From Chiloscyllium plagiosum (taxonomy: Eukaryota): a DNA stretch of 64,000 nt. The position numbers and the translations under genes were made by a program. Shown here piece after piece: positions 37,545-47,899 of the stretch; position 1 is the stretch's first letter; every line of letters starts with the position of its first letter. The notes under the pieces are model-generated. The model did not search any database. It saw nothing but the letters and a program-made list of their open reading frames with translations, and was not told the origin of the DNA. The stretch is taken from positions 412,399-476,398 of the forward strand of contig NC_057755.1 of assembly GCF_004010195.1 (NCBI RefSeq), in the 5' to 3' direction.

Positions 37545-40148
37545 GTAACTATCTGTCTCTAATTTTGTCAAATTGTTGAGCAGTCATGGATTATGCCATT
37601 TTCTCCATAATGAAGGGAGACTAATAGTTCAGTTGGAACAGAGAGAATCATTTTCAGCATAAAATTTGCTGATAATAAAAATTGTTGACAAATTTCACGA
37701 GGACTGAGGAATCTTAAATGGATTCTTGTCAATAGGATGGGATTTTACTGTCTTTTCCTGATGAACTAATACAAGTCATTGAATTTTGGTCAATAAGTCA
37801 TCAAATTCGTAACCAACCTGTTAGACTTGACCGAAAAATCTTTGATCCACACACAAGCATATTCAAACACAGTTGCTGAACCACAAACCCAATTGGATAC
37901 AGACTGAAAGGGACACCCAAAGAGAAACAGAGACACATCCACAAAGAGACACCGAGAGACCCTACTGGAGGCACAGGAAGATCTTGACACATGCGCCAAA
38001 CACAGTCTGAACAACATACTAACCTGCATAAACAAGAGCACAAGGCAGATACACACCCCAGAGTCTGACGATAATACGCTCACACTCAGAGACACATTCA
38101 CACAGATGGAGTCACAGAACCATGATGATATGCTGACAGCAACCACACAAACAGCATAAACGCAGATAGAACATAACAGATGCACATTTGCAAAGCACAA
38201 ACTTATGCACAATCACATAGGTACAGTAACATACACCCACATAAACACATTCAACTTCACGGAAACACTCTCATACAGACCGTATAACATTCCCAAATGC
38301 ATAAATACATGAATATGCAATCACCAAAATACTTGGCAATACACATAAAGGGAAACCTACACGCCGATGCATAAATACCGTCATAATGTGACCCATTGAG
38401 GGAAATATCCAACGACTAAACCGAAAGACACACACACAGTGGTATTGCCACAAAAGCAATGAAGCCCCCCACGCACACAGACACACATACACCCTCACAT
38501 AACGAAAGGGAAACTCATGAACACACCTCCTGCACAGCCACAGGGAAAGGAAAGGAAGATGATCAAGTTTCGGGAGTCGCACTTGTAGTAACATGTCAAG
38601 GTCTTGCTGGCTTTGTCTGTGCAGTTGGTATTTTGCAAAATCACTGCCTGGGGAAAGATCACTGAATAACGGGTTTAGGAAGGAATTTGATTCAAGTGGT
38701 AGTACAACTGACCATGTTCTAAACAGAGACAACATGTTCCTGTCATGGTAAATGTGAGAAAAAGATGCAGTGAGTGTGAGGGAGAGACAGAATGAGCTAC
38801 ACAGAGAAACAAAGAAGGATAGACACAGGGGGAGACTTAGAGACAGGTAGAGATAGAGAATGACAGGCAGGGAGAGACACAGAGTGTGACAGTCAGAGAG
38901 AGAGAGAGAGACTGAGCAAGTAGCTTCGAGATGAGGGAGAGGGCGAGAGGATGAGCAGAACAGAGACAAAGACAGACTGAAAGAAGCTGAGAGAGAGAGT
39001 GCATTCGCCTTGTGATGTGAGAAGACAGGAGGTATACTCAATAAACTCTTTCAAAAACAAATGTGCATTTAACAATAACCAATTCAGATCAGGGAATTAT
39101 CAGCACCAAGGGCATTTCTCTTGTTGTAAGAAAGTGTTTATTGTGAGATGAACAGAGAGGGTCTGAGAATTATCATGGTGCAGGAGGAACAGTTTATGCT
39201 CTTCCCCTCCTCTGCTGAAGGGGAAATGCATAGACCCTCCTGCCGGTCTTTAACACTCACCCACAGAGCAGTCCGTGAAAACCCAATGTTCCAGCTGAAC
39301 CCATTTCTCACATCCGGTTTGCTATTTCGAATCACTAGTCCAGCCATTTTCCAACCTACCAAGCCCCTGACAGTTACCTCTTGCCTCTTTGCCTGCTCTC
39401 CCGTTTTCAAGTCCATCAATATGGTTGAAGGTGAAGATGAATAGCATCCTGTTAAAATTTGAAAAGTCGTGGGTATGGCAATCAGGTGTACAAGGGACTA
39501 TTACAATTGGATGAGCTGTGATTTTATGGGCTGGCAGGAGGACCAGACTTGAAGGGCTGACTGGCCTACTGCTGTTCACTGTCAGACACGGGGACACACA
39601 GACAATCAGGGATATCAGCGTGTTCCTGAGCTTCGTGAACGGTGACCCATTCTGTTACACCCCTCCCCATCCATCATTGGGTGTTATGCTCAAATCCATG
39701 TGATTGTGCTGATGGAATCCGGCCGAACATGTGGAAATTCTGCACTGGGAACTCGACGACTGCCTCTGGAGCTCTCTCAGTTGTTTTTCTGAGCCACTAA
39801 GTGGAACATTTACATCACCAGTTCCTGCACTGCATTCCTGAACTTCGCTCTGAACTTGGGCAGAGATGCTGCCCAGAATAATGTGTAGGTGCTGCACCTG
39901 AAATTCTTCAGCATTACACTGAAGTACGGAAAATGAAAGAATTGTTCTACCAAAGATGTGTTCTTTTGATGCTATAGTATAAGGTGTTCGTACCTTGCAC
40001 TAAACACCGATATATGAAACTAATGGATATGGTGAAGAGGGAAATCACTGACTTCCTCCGGCTTTCCATCTCTGAATCTTTATGAATCTCTCCATCCTTC
40101 TGACGTCTTATGCTCTTGTGGACTTGACTGGCCACTAAAATACACGTG

Positions 40149-40359
40149 GAGAAAGTGAGGTCTGCAGATGCTGGAGATCAGAGATGGAAATGTGTTGCTG
40201 GAAAAGCGCAGCAGGTCAGGCAGCATCGAGGGAGCAGGAGAATCGACGTTTCGGGCATTAGCCCTTCTTCAGGAAGAAGGGCTAATGCCCGAAACGTCGG
40301 TTCTCCTGTTCCCTAAATGCTGCCTGACCTGCTGCGCTTTTCCAGCAACACATTTCCAT
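40149..40359. mobile_element. Palindromic Penelope-derived mini-element with 16-bp TSD
   Basis: 34-bp tail plus hairpin 40183-40360 (2-nt loop at 40271-40272); TSD CACTAAAATA(C/T)ACGTG at 40133-40148 and 40360-40375. Confidence 0.9.
40241..40276 (-). ncRNA. Minimal hammerhead ribozyme motif (weak stem I)
   Basis: UUC-CUGAAGA-A-GGGC(UAAU)GCCC-GAAA-CG-UC/GAUU. Confidence 0.65.
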
Positions 40360-42699
40360 CACTAAAATATACGTGACCGTCAGAGTGTTCATCAACAGAA
40401 TGAACACGATTGGAATGAAAGGGGTTAAAATGATATCAAGCAACTTAACCTCCAGCCACCTGGGATCAGTAAAATAACTTGACTTTGTTTGACGGTGCCA
40501 TTTAACATTCCCAATTACCCTCCCAAAAATAGAATGGAATGCTTTTTGAACAGAGCAGATTGCCAGTTGCGGCCAGCGCCATACCCAAGGATTTGTCTGT
40601 CCATTTTTTTTATTATTTTCAGGCAGCAAATATCCACAAAACGATCAAAGGATAAAAGGGCAGTGAACCTGACGGAACAGTCTTTAGCTGCACGAGCCAG
40701 GACAAAGACAGCACTGTACACACTGGTGAGATCCAGTAAACACCAAGGGCAGTAAACGTATATGAGTTGCCACAGTATGATTTTCGTCAGAATGAACAGG
40801 TGATGCGACGTTGCCATAGACAACAGGCAGCGTGTTGTGCGTTTAAAGAGTCCACACATTCCATGTGTGAGAACAAAAATGACTAGGAAATTAACTGGAG
40901 GAGACAAGAGGTAAAATGCAAATTAGAATCAATAATCAAATGTACTCCACGTCTGCCCCGACAGCAGTGGAAAATCTTAGCGCCGAACTGGGTTAGCTGG
41001 GAGGGTTCAGATATCGGGTTTGAGCAAGACAGCGCTAATGGTCAGATCCATTTCGAGGGTGCTCGGTCCTGGCTGTGACTAAGTGTGGGCAGGCAATCAA
41101 CAGATGGCGGGGGGCATAATTTGTAAGGTGAAAGGGAAGAGGTGTAGAGGGGATCTGAGGAAGTGATTTAGAGGGGATCTGACGAAGAGGTTTTCACCCA
41201 GAGAGTGGTGGGGTTCTGGTAATTCAGTGCCTGGGTGCGTAATGGAAGCAGGAAATATTACAAACTTTAAAAAAAATAACTACTTGAATGAACACTTGAA
41301 GCATCCTGGCATTTACGACTATGAGTATAGTGCTCGAAGCTGGGACGAGTTGTAGATTTCGTGTGGCTTTGACAACACAAACTGGATGGAACTAAGGACC
41401 TCTTCTCTATCGTCGGATTCTATGATTCTAAGAATTACTTTTTGAAGGCAGGTTGGTAAGCGAAGCATTTTAATGAAATAAATCGAAAGGTTTTGAATGC
41501 TGAAACATGACACAGAATCATTAATAGCTGGCAAAACCCAACAGGTATGGCAGCATCTGTGAAGAGAGAAACAGAGTTGATGGAATCGCTTTTCATCAGT
41601 GCAACTTCATCTGAACATGGATCAATAAACTCAAAACATCATCTTAGGTTTCTCCTCGCACAAGGTCCTATCATTGCAACCAAAAGACAGTCATTCATTT
41701 CTAATAGGGAATTGAGATTTACAGTAATGATATTCATCTACCATGAAACATTTGTTAGCCTGCTCTTCGCATACTGGGCATTGTTAGAGTCATATAGATA
41801 TATAGCATGGAAACAGTCCCTTTAGATCAAATTGTCCAGACGGACCATATATCCTCAATTAATCTCAGCTCATATGCCCCCATTTCCCTCTCAACCCTTT
41901 TCATTCAGTTAGCCATTCAGCTAAATTTTAAATATTGTAATTGCACCAGCCTCCATCACTCCCTCTGACAGTTCATTCCATATACACACCACACTCTGCA
42001 TGAAATACTTTACCCTTACGTCCCTTTTAAAATTTTCCCTCTCATCCTAAATCTATCCCCTCTCATCATGGACAATCTCACCCCAGGGAAAAGACCTTGT
42101 TTATTTACACTGTGCATGCCTCTCATGATTTTATAAACCTCCATAACGTCACCCATCGGCCTCTGACGCTTCAGGGAAAACTGCCCCAGCCTATTCAGCC
42201 TGACCTTACAGCCCCAACCCTCCATTTCTGGGACCATTCTTGTAATTGTTGAACCCTTTCAAGTTTCACAACATCTTCTCTTTTCGAGGGTGAACAGAAA
42301 CACACATTATTCCAAAACGGGCCGACCTAATGTCCTGTACAGCCACATAACCTCCCAATTCCGACATGCAATGCTCTGACCAATAAAGGAGAGCACACCA
42401 AACGTCATCTTTACTATCTTATCTACCTGAAGCACTATTTTCAAGGAACTATGAACTTAACTCCAAGGTCTGTGTGTTCAGCAACACTCCCCAGGACCTT
42501 ACCATTAAGTGTATGCTTTCAGCCCTTTCAAAATTATACTCGATCTGCCACTCTTCGGCCCATTGGCCCACCTGCAGATCCCACTGCATTCTGAGGTAAC
42601 GCTCTTCACTGTCCACTGCAATGCCAATTTTGGTGTCATCTGCAAACTGACTATACCTCCTATATTCACATTCAAGCAATTTACATAAATGATGAAAGA

Positions 42700-43410
42700 T
42701 GTTTGTGGTTGTGCAGGGTAAGTCATCTCAGCTCTGGAAGATCTCTGCAGGAGCTCTCATGGTACTGTCCTCGGCCCAACAATCTTCAGTTCCTTCGTCA
42801 ATGAATCTCCCTCTGTCATAAGGTCAGAAGTGGGGATGTTCACAGATTATTGCTCAGTCCTCAGCGCTATTCGCAATTCCTGAGATAGTGAAGCATTCCG
42901 TGCTCAAATGCAACAAGCTCTGGGCAATATCCATACTTTGGCACACAGATGGCAAGTAATACTTGTGCCACACAAAGACCGGACAATGCCCATCACCAAT
43001 AAGAAACACTAACCATCGACCATTTATATTCAATGTTATTACCGTCAGTAAGTCCCCTAATGTCAATATCATTGGAGTGACAATTACAGGAAACTCACCA
43101 AAGATCCTTATACAGCACCTTTCAAACCCGTGACCACTGTCATCTGGAAGGAGGAGGGCAGTAGGTACTGGGGAACACCATCACCTGCAAGTTTCCCTCT
43201 AAGCCACTCACCACCTTGAATTGGAATTATACTGTTGTTTCTTCACAGTAATTGGGTCAAATTCCTGGAATTCGTTCTCTGCCAGCATTGTCGGTCAACC
43301 CACAGCAAGTGGATTGCAGCGATTCAAGAAGGCTGCTTACCGCCACATTCTCAAGGGCAAATAGTGCTGACCAGCTAGCGATGCCCAAGTCCCGCAAATG
43401 AGAAAATAAA
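42700..43410 (+). mobile_element. Nested LINE 3' fragment (different CR1/L2-type family)
   Basis: TVLGPTIFSSFVN..VGMFTDYC RT remnant and a 3' end ..CCCGCAAATGAGAAAATAAA; interrupts the host RT. Confidence 0.75.
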
Positions 43411-44166
43411 CAAGGAAAGCAGTAGACCTAGCACGGATCCATGTGGCACACCACTGGTTACAGGCCTCCAGGCTGAAAAGCAATCCTTCACCACCAAACA
43501 CTCTCTTCTACCTTTGAGCTACTTTTGCATCCAAATGGCTAGTTCTCCCTGTACTCAATGTGATCTAACCTTGCAAACCAGTCTACCATGAATAATCTTG
43601 TCAAACAGCTTACTGTCGTCCATATAGATGGCGGCCACTATTCCGCCCTCATCAATACTCTTTGTTAATTCTTCAAGTAACTTAATCAAGTTGGTGAGAC
43701 ATGCTATCCCACACACAAAGCCATGTTGACTATCCTGAATCAGTCCCTGCCTTTCCAAATACATCATGTAAAGGCTATCCCTCAGGAAACAACTTGCCCA
43801 CTACTGATGTCATGCTCACCTGACCATAGTTCTCTAACCTTTTCTTGCCCTCTTTCTTAAGCAGTGGCATTACATTAGCCAACCTTAAGTCTTTCGGCAC
43901 CTCACCTGTGTCTATTTATGATATAGATATCTCAGCAAGGAGCCCAGCAATTACTTCCCTAGCTTACCACAGAGTTCGAGTGTACACTTGACCAGGTCCG
44001 GGAGACTTATCCACGTTTATGTACGTTAAGATATCCAGCATCTCCTCTTCTTTAATATGGACATTTGATCAAGATGCCACCATGTATTTCCCCACGCTCT
44101 TTATCTTTTATGAAGTTAAAAATCACACAACACCAGGTTATAGTCCAACAGGTTTAATTGGAAGCA

Positions 44167-44201
44167 CACTAGCTTTCGAAGCGACGCTCCTTCATCAGGT
44201 G
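44167..44201 (-). ncRNA. Minimal hammerhead ribozyme motif (left pLTR)
   Basis: CAC-CUGAUGA-A-GGAGC(GUC)GCUUC-GAAA-GC-UA/GUG. Confidence 0.8.
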
Positions 44202-44680
44202 ATTGTAGAGGGCTCGATCGTAACACAGAATTTATAGAAAAAATTTGCAGTTTGATGTAACTGAAATTATACATTGAAGAATTGATTGTCTGTTAAGCCT
44301 TTCATCTGTTAGAATGCAGTGATAGTTTCACTTCTTTCATGTGTAAATCACAAAACCCTTTTTTTATAAGTTGCATTCTCGGGTTAGCTGTTAACAATGG
44401 TGATAGCTAGACAATGTGTTGAAGATGTTAGCCCCCTGTGTTCTCTGTCTATGACCTGATGTTTAGATTGATTCCAATCTAAAAAGTGAAATAACGGAGT
44501 TTTACATAAATTCATGCAGTTTTTGAGCTCAGAGTTCGACATGAATCTATGTGGTTTTTGAGCAAAGTGCAATGTAACCTTGCACCAAAAAAATTCACCA
44601 CACACAATATATGTGTGTGCACGTGGGTCTTTTTCTGTCTGTGTGTGTGTCTGTCTGGGGTGAGGGTTGTGAGTGTGAGA

Positions 44681-44721
<41 letters not shown>

Positions 44722-44911
44722 GTGTGTGTGCGTGTGTAGTGAGTGCAGAGTGTCTTAAGTCTGTGAGGGGCTGTATGTGTGGGAGTCTGTGTGTCGAAAA
44801 GGGTGTGTGTGGGTGTCTGTGTGCGCGTCTGTGTGTATCTGCGTCCGTGTGCATGTGAGAGTGTGAGTGTGTGTAGGAATATCTGTTTGTGTGTGTGTAG
44901 TGCAATGGTGA

Positions 44912-45476
44912 TCACCTGTAATGTGACATGAACCCAAGGTCCCGGTTGAGGCCCTCCCTATGGGTACCGAACTTAGCTATCAGCCTCTGCTCAGCCACTT
45001 TCCTCTGCTGCCTGTCCCGAAGTCCACCTTGGAGGATGGTCACCCGAAGGTCCGAGGCTGAATGTCCTGGACCACTGAANNNNNNNNNNNNNNNNNNNNN
45101 NNNNNNNNNNNNNNNNNNNNNNNNNNNNNNNNNNNNNNNNNNNNNNNNNNNNNNNNNNNTCCACCGTGACAGGGTTGTATGGAGTTGTCCTGAGAGCCGG
45201 GCAGTTTACTACGAACAATGATCTGTTTGAGGTTGGCGGTTGTTTAAAGGCAAGTAGTGGAGGTGTGGGGAAGGTCTTGGTGAGGTGCTCATCTCCATTG
45301 ATAATGTGTTGCAGGTCACGAAGAACATGGCGTAATATTTACATATGAAAGAGGTGAACCTATCACTGTATTCTAGCAGATGAAACCCTTCACTGAACAA
45401 CGAAGGGTACCCTGTCAATTGCAGCCCGTGTCTGTCTCCTGAGGAGGTCATTACCGTTCCTTGCTGTGGCACGTCT
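44912..45476 (-). pseudogene. Penelope ORF C-terminal fragment (linker + GIY-YIG endonuclease end)
   Basis: RRATARNGNDLLRRQTRAAIDRVPFVVQ..LRHVLRDLQHIINGDEHLTKTFPTPPLLAFKQPP..KQIIVRSKLP..PCHGG[gap]FSGPGHSASDLRVTILQGGLRDRQQRKVAEQRLIAKFGTHREGLNRDLGFMSHYR*. Confidence 0.85.
45080..45159. other. Assembly gap (80 N)
   Basis: Run of N. Confidence 1.
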
Positions 45477-45647
45477 CCATTGCACTACACACACACACAC
45501 AGATATTCCTACACACACACACACACACTGAAATGCACACGGACGCAGATACACACAGACGTGCACACAGACACCCACACACACCCTTATAGACAGACAG
45601 ACTCCCATACATACAGCCCCTCACAGACCTAAGGCAGTCTGCACTCA

Positions 45648-45691
<44 letters not shown>

Positions 45692-46171
45692 TCCCACACT
45701 CACAACCCCCACCCCAGACAGACACACACACAGACAGACAAAGACCCACATGCACACATATATGCTGTGTGCGGTGAATTTTTTTGGTACAAAGTTACAT
45801 TGCACTTTGCTCAAAAACCACATAGATTCATGTCGAACTCTGAGCTCAAAAACTGCATGAATTTATGTAAAACTCTATTATTTCACTTTTTAGTTTGGAA
45901 TCAATCTAAACATTAGGTCATAGACAGAGGACACAGGGGGCTAACATCTTCAACACATTGTCTAGCTATCACCATTGTTAACAGCTAACCCGAGAATGCA
46001 ACTTATAAAAAAAAGGGTTTTGTGATTTACATATGAAAGAAGTGAAACTATCACTGTATTCTAACAGATGAAAGGCTTAACAGACAATCAATTCTTCAAT
46101 GTATAATTTCAGTTACATCACACTGCAAATTTCTTCTATAAATTCTGTGTTACGATCGAGCCCTCCACAAT

Positions 46172-46206
46172 CACCTGATGAAGGAGCGTCGCTCCGAAAG
46201 CTAGTG
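46172..46206 (+). ncRNA. Minimal hammerhead ribozyme motif (right pLTR)
   Basis: CAC-CUGAUGA-A-GGAGC(GUC)GCUCC-GAAA-GC-UA/GUG; perfect stem II. Confidence 0.82.
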
Positions 46207-46627
46207 TGCTTCCAATTAAACCTGTTGGACTATAACCTGGTGTTGTGTGATTTTTAACTTTGTACACCCCAGTCCAACACCGGATCTCCTTTATCTTTTA
46301 TGTCATTCTTCACGTAAACAATGATGCACAATGCTCATTTAGTACCCTTGTAGCTCAGTTGCAATCCATCCATCTCGTACAGGTCACTTCCACCCCAGAA
46401 GAGATTCAAACGATCCAAAAATGTGAACTGCTCTATCCTGTACCAGCTCCCCAGCTATGCATACATCTGCAATATCCTCCAATTCCTCCACTCACTAGCT
46501 CGGAGCACCTGGAATAATCCAAATACTGTATTACTACACTTGATGACCTCCTTTTAAATTCTGCTTAACCTTCGGTGTTCTCCGCTCAGAATCTGATCCT
46601 TTTCACTTCCAAAGTCATTATTTCCAA

Positions 46628-46744
46628 CCAAAAGAGAAATGCTGCAACATCTAATCAGGTCTGGCTGCCAGACCTGCTGAGATTTTCCAGCATTTTCTCT
46701 TTTGGTTACACATTTCAGCATCCGCAGTAATTTGCTTTTATTTT
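46628..46744. mobile_element. Short hairpin Penelope-derived mini-element with 15-bp TSD
   Basis: Imperfect palindrome 46626-46707 plus tail; TSD AGTCATTATTTCCAA at 46613-46627 and 46745-46759. Confidence 0.8.
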
Positions 46745-47899
46745 AGTCATTATTTCCAATGCGTACAATGACCTTCTGCTGGCCACACTCTCCATTGAGA
46801 ATACTCTACACTCTGTCTGAGATATCCTTGATGCTGACACCAGCGAGAGACTACTCTGTTCTGGTTTCTCGCTGTTCGCTGCAGAAACGTCTGGCTGGGA
46901 CTCTGGCTATAGACAGTCCCGGACCACAACTGATCGTTTGGATGCTGACTTACCCTTCGTTACTTTAGAGCCAGTCTTGGTACCAGAAGTTTGGATGTTC
47001 GTGCTCCATTCCCCTGAGATGCTATCAACCTTTACATTTTCCAAGCATCATACTTGTTTGAGGTGGGGATAGCCACAGGAGCCTACTACACTATCTGCTT
47101 TCCTCCCCCAATTTTTCCTGGAGGAAACCTAACTGTATCTGTGATTTTTCTTTCTTCCCATAGCTGCCATCCGTCACACCATTGAGATCCTATAAATTCC
47201 TCGTTGCCTCTAACTGCTGCTCCAATCGATCCTTGCAATCTGATAGGATTAGCAGCAAAACACACTTTCTGTAGACGTAATCATCAGTAATCTAGACGCT
47301 CTCCCTAATCCCCCACATCCGGAGGGACGTGTACATCATTCTACTAAGGCTCAACTTTGCACTTCAATAATCTCTAGACCCAGAAAATAACAGAGTATTA
47401 CAGCTCTTAAAAAAAAAAGACTGCCAGGCTAACGTCGTGCCTTTTTAAAAATATTTTAATCAAAAGACATATCTCAATAAACATACAACCAACGATAGCC
47501 TACTGTAGATTTACAAACAAGAAGTCAGTAAGATTAGACTTTAAAAACATGCTCTTATCTGCTCCCCTGCTGTGAGCTCTCCCACACAGCGTCCTCCAAG
47601 GTCAGCTGTGATTTTCCCTGTTTGTTATTTTTTGACAGGTGCACTTTGTTGCCCAGAAATACATGAATTCAAACAGCAAATGCTGTAGCTGTGCAAGTTC
47701 ACTGCTGTGTCAGACATCAGCTTATGTTTCTTTCTCTCCTTGTCTCTGACTATGTGCTCTCTACTTTTGAGTCTTTTACTCCCTTTTAAAGAGTTGTTGT
47801 TCTGATGTTCCCCCGCCCCCCAAGGAAAGATCCACAACCTTGTAAAACTATAATTCCTGATACGAAATGCTGCATGGTCTTGGAACTTTAGAGAGAATC

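Larger units (their letters stand above)
39777..40894 (-). pseudogene. GPR139-like GPCR pseudogene, exon 2 (copy 2)
   Basis: CTCCAG|VNFLVIFVLTHGMCGLFKRTTRCLLSMAT..AAKDCSVRFTALLSFDRFVDICC..ILTPFIPIVFILLMNTLTVTYILV[insertion]ASQVHKSIR..EMESRRKSVISLF; frameshifts. Confidence 0.9.
37790..41790 (-). repeat. Inverted paralog of the GPCR unit at ~220-3950
   Basis: Intron, exon 2, 3' flank, (CT)n and GT-rich tract all recur in reverse complement. Confidence 0.9.
44113..46288 (-). mobile_element. Penelope-like retroelement, 5'-truncated, with inverted pLTRs
   Basis: Arms 44113-44908 and 45477-46260 are inverted repeats; 28-bp tail; TSD CTTTATCTTTTATG at 44099-44112 and 46289-46302; core encodes linker and GIY-YIG C-terminus. 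Confidence 0.92.
41785..47840 (-). mobile_element. Fragmented, internally deleted CR1 LINE (5' UTR/ORF1 to 3' tail) hosting nested elements
   Basis: 3' end motifs at 41800-42700, RT at 43410-44100, ORF1-like and 5' UTR sequence at 46350-47840 resembling 47900-49300 in reverse. Confidence 0.8.
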
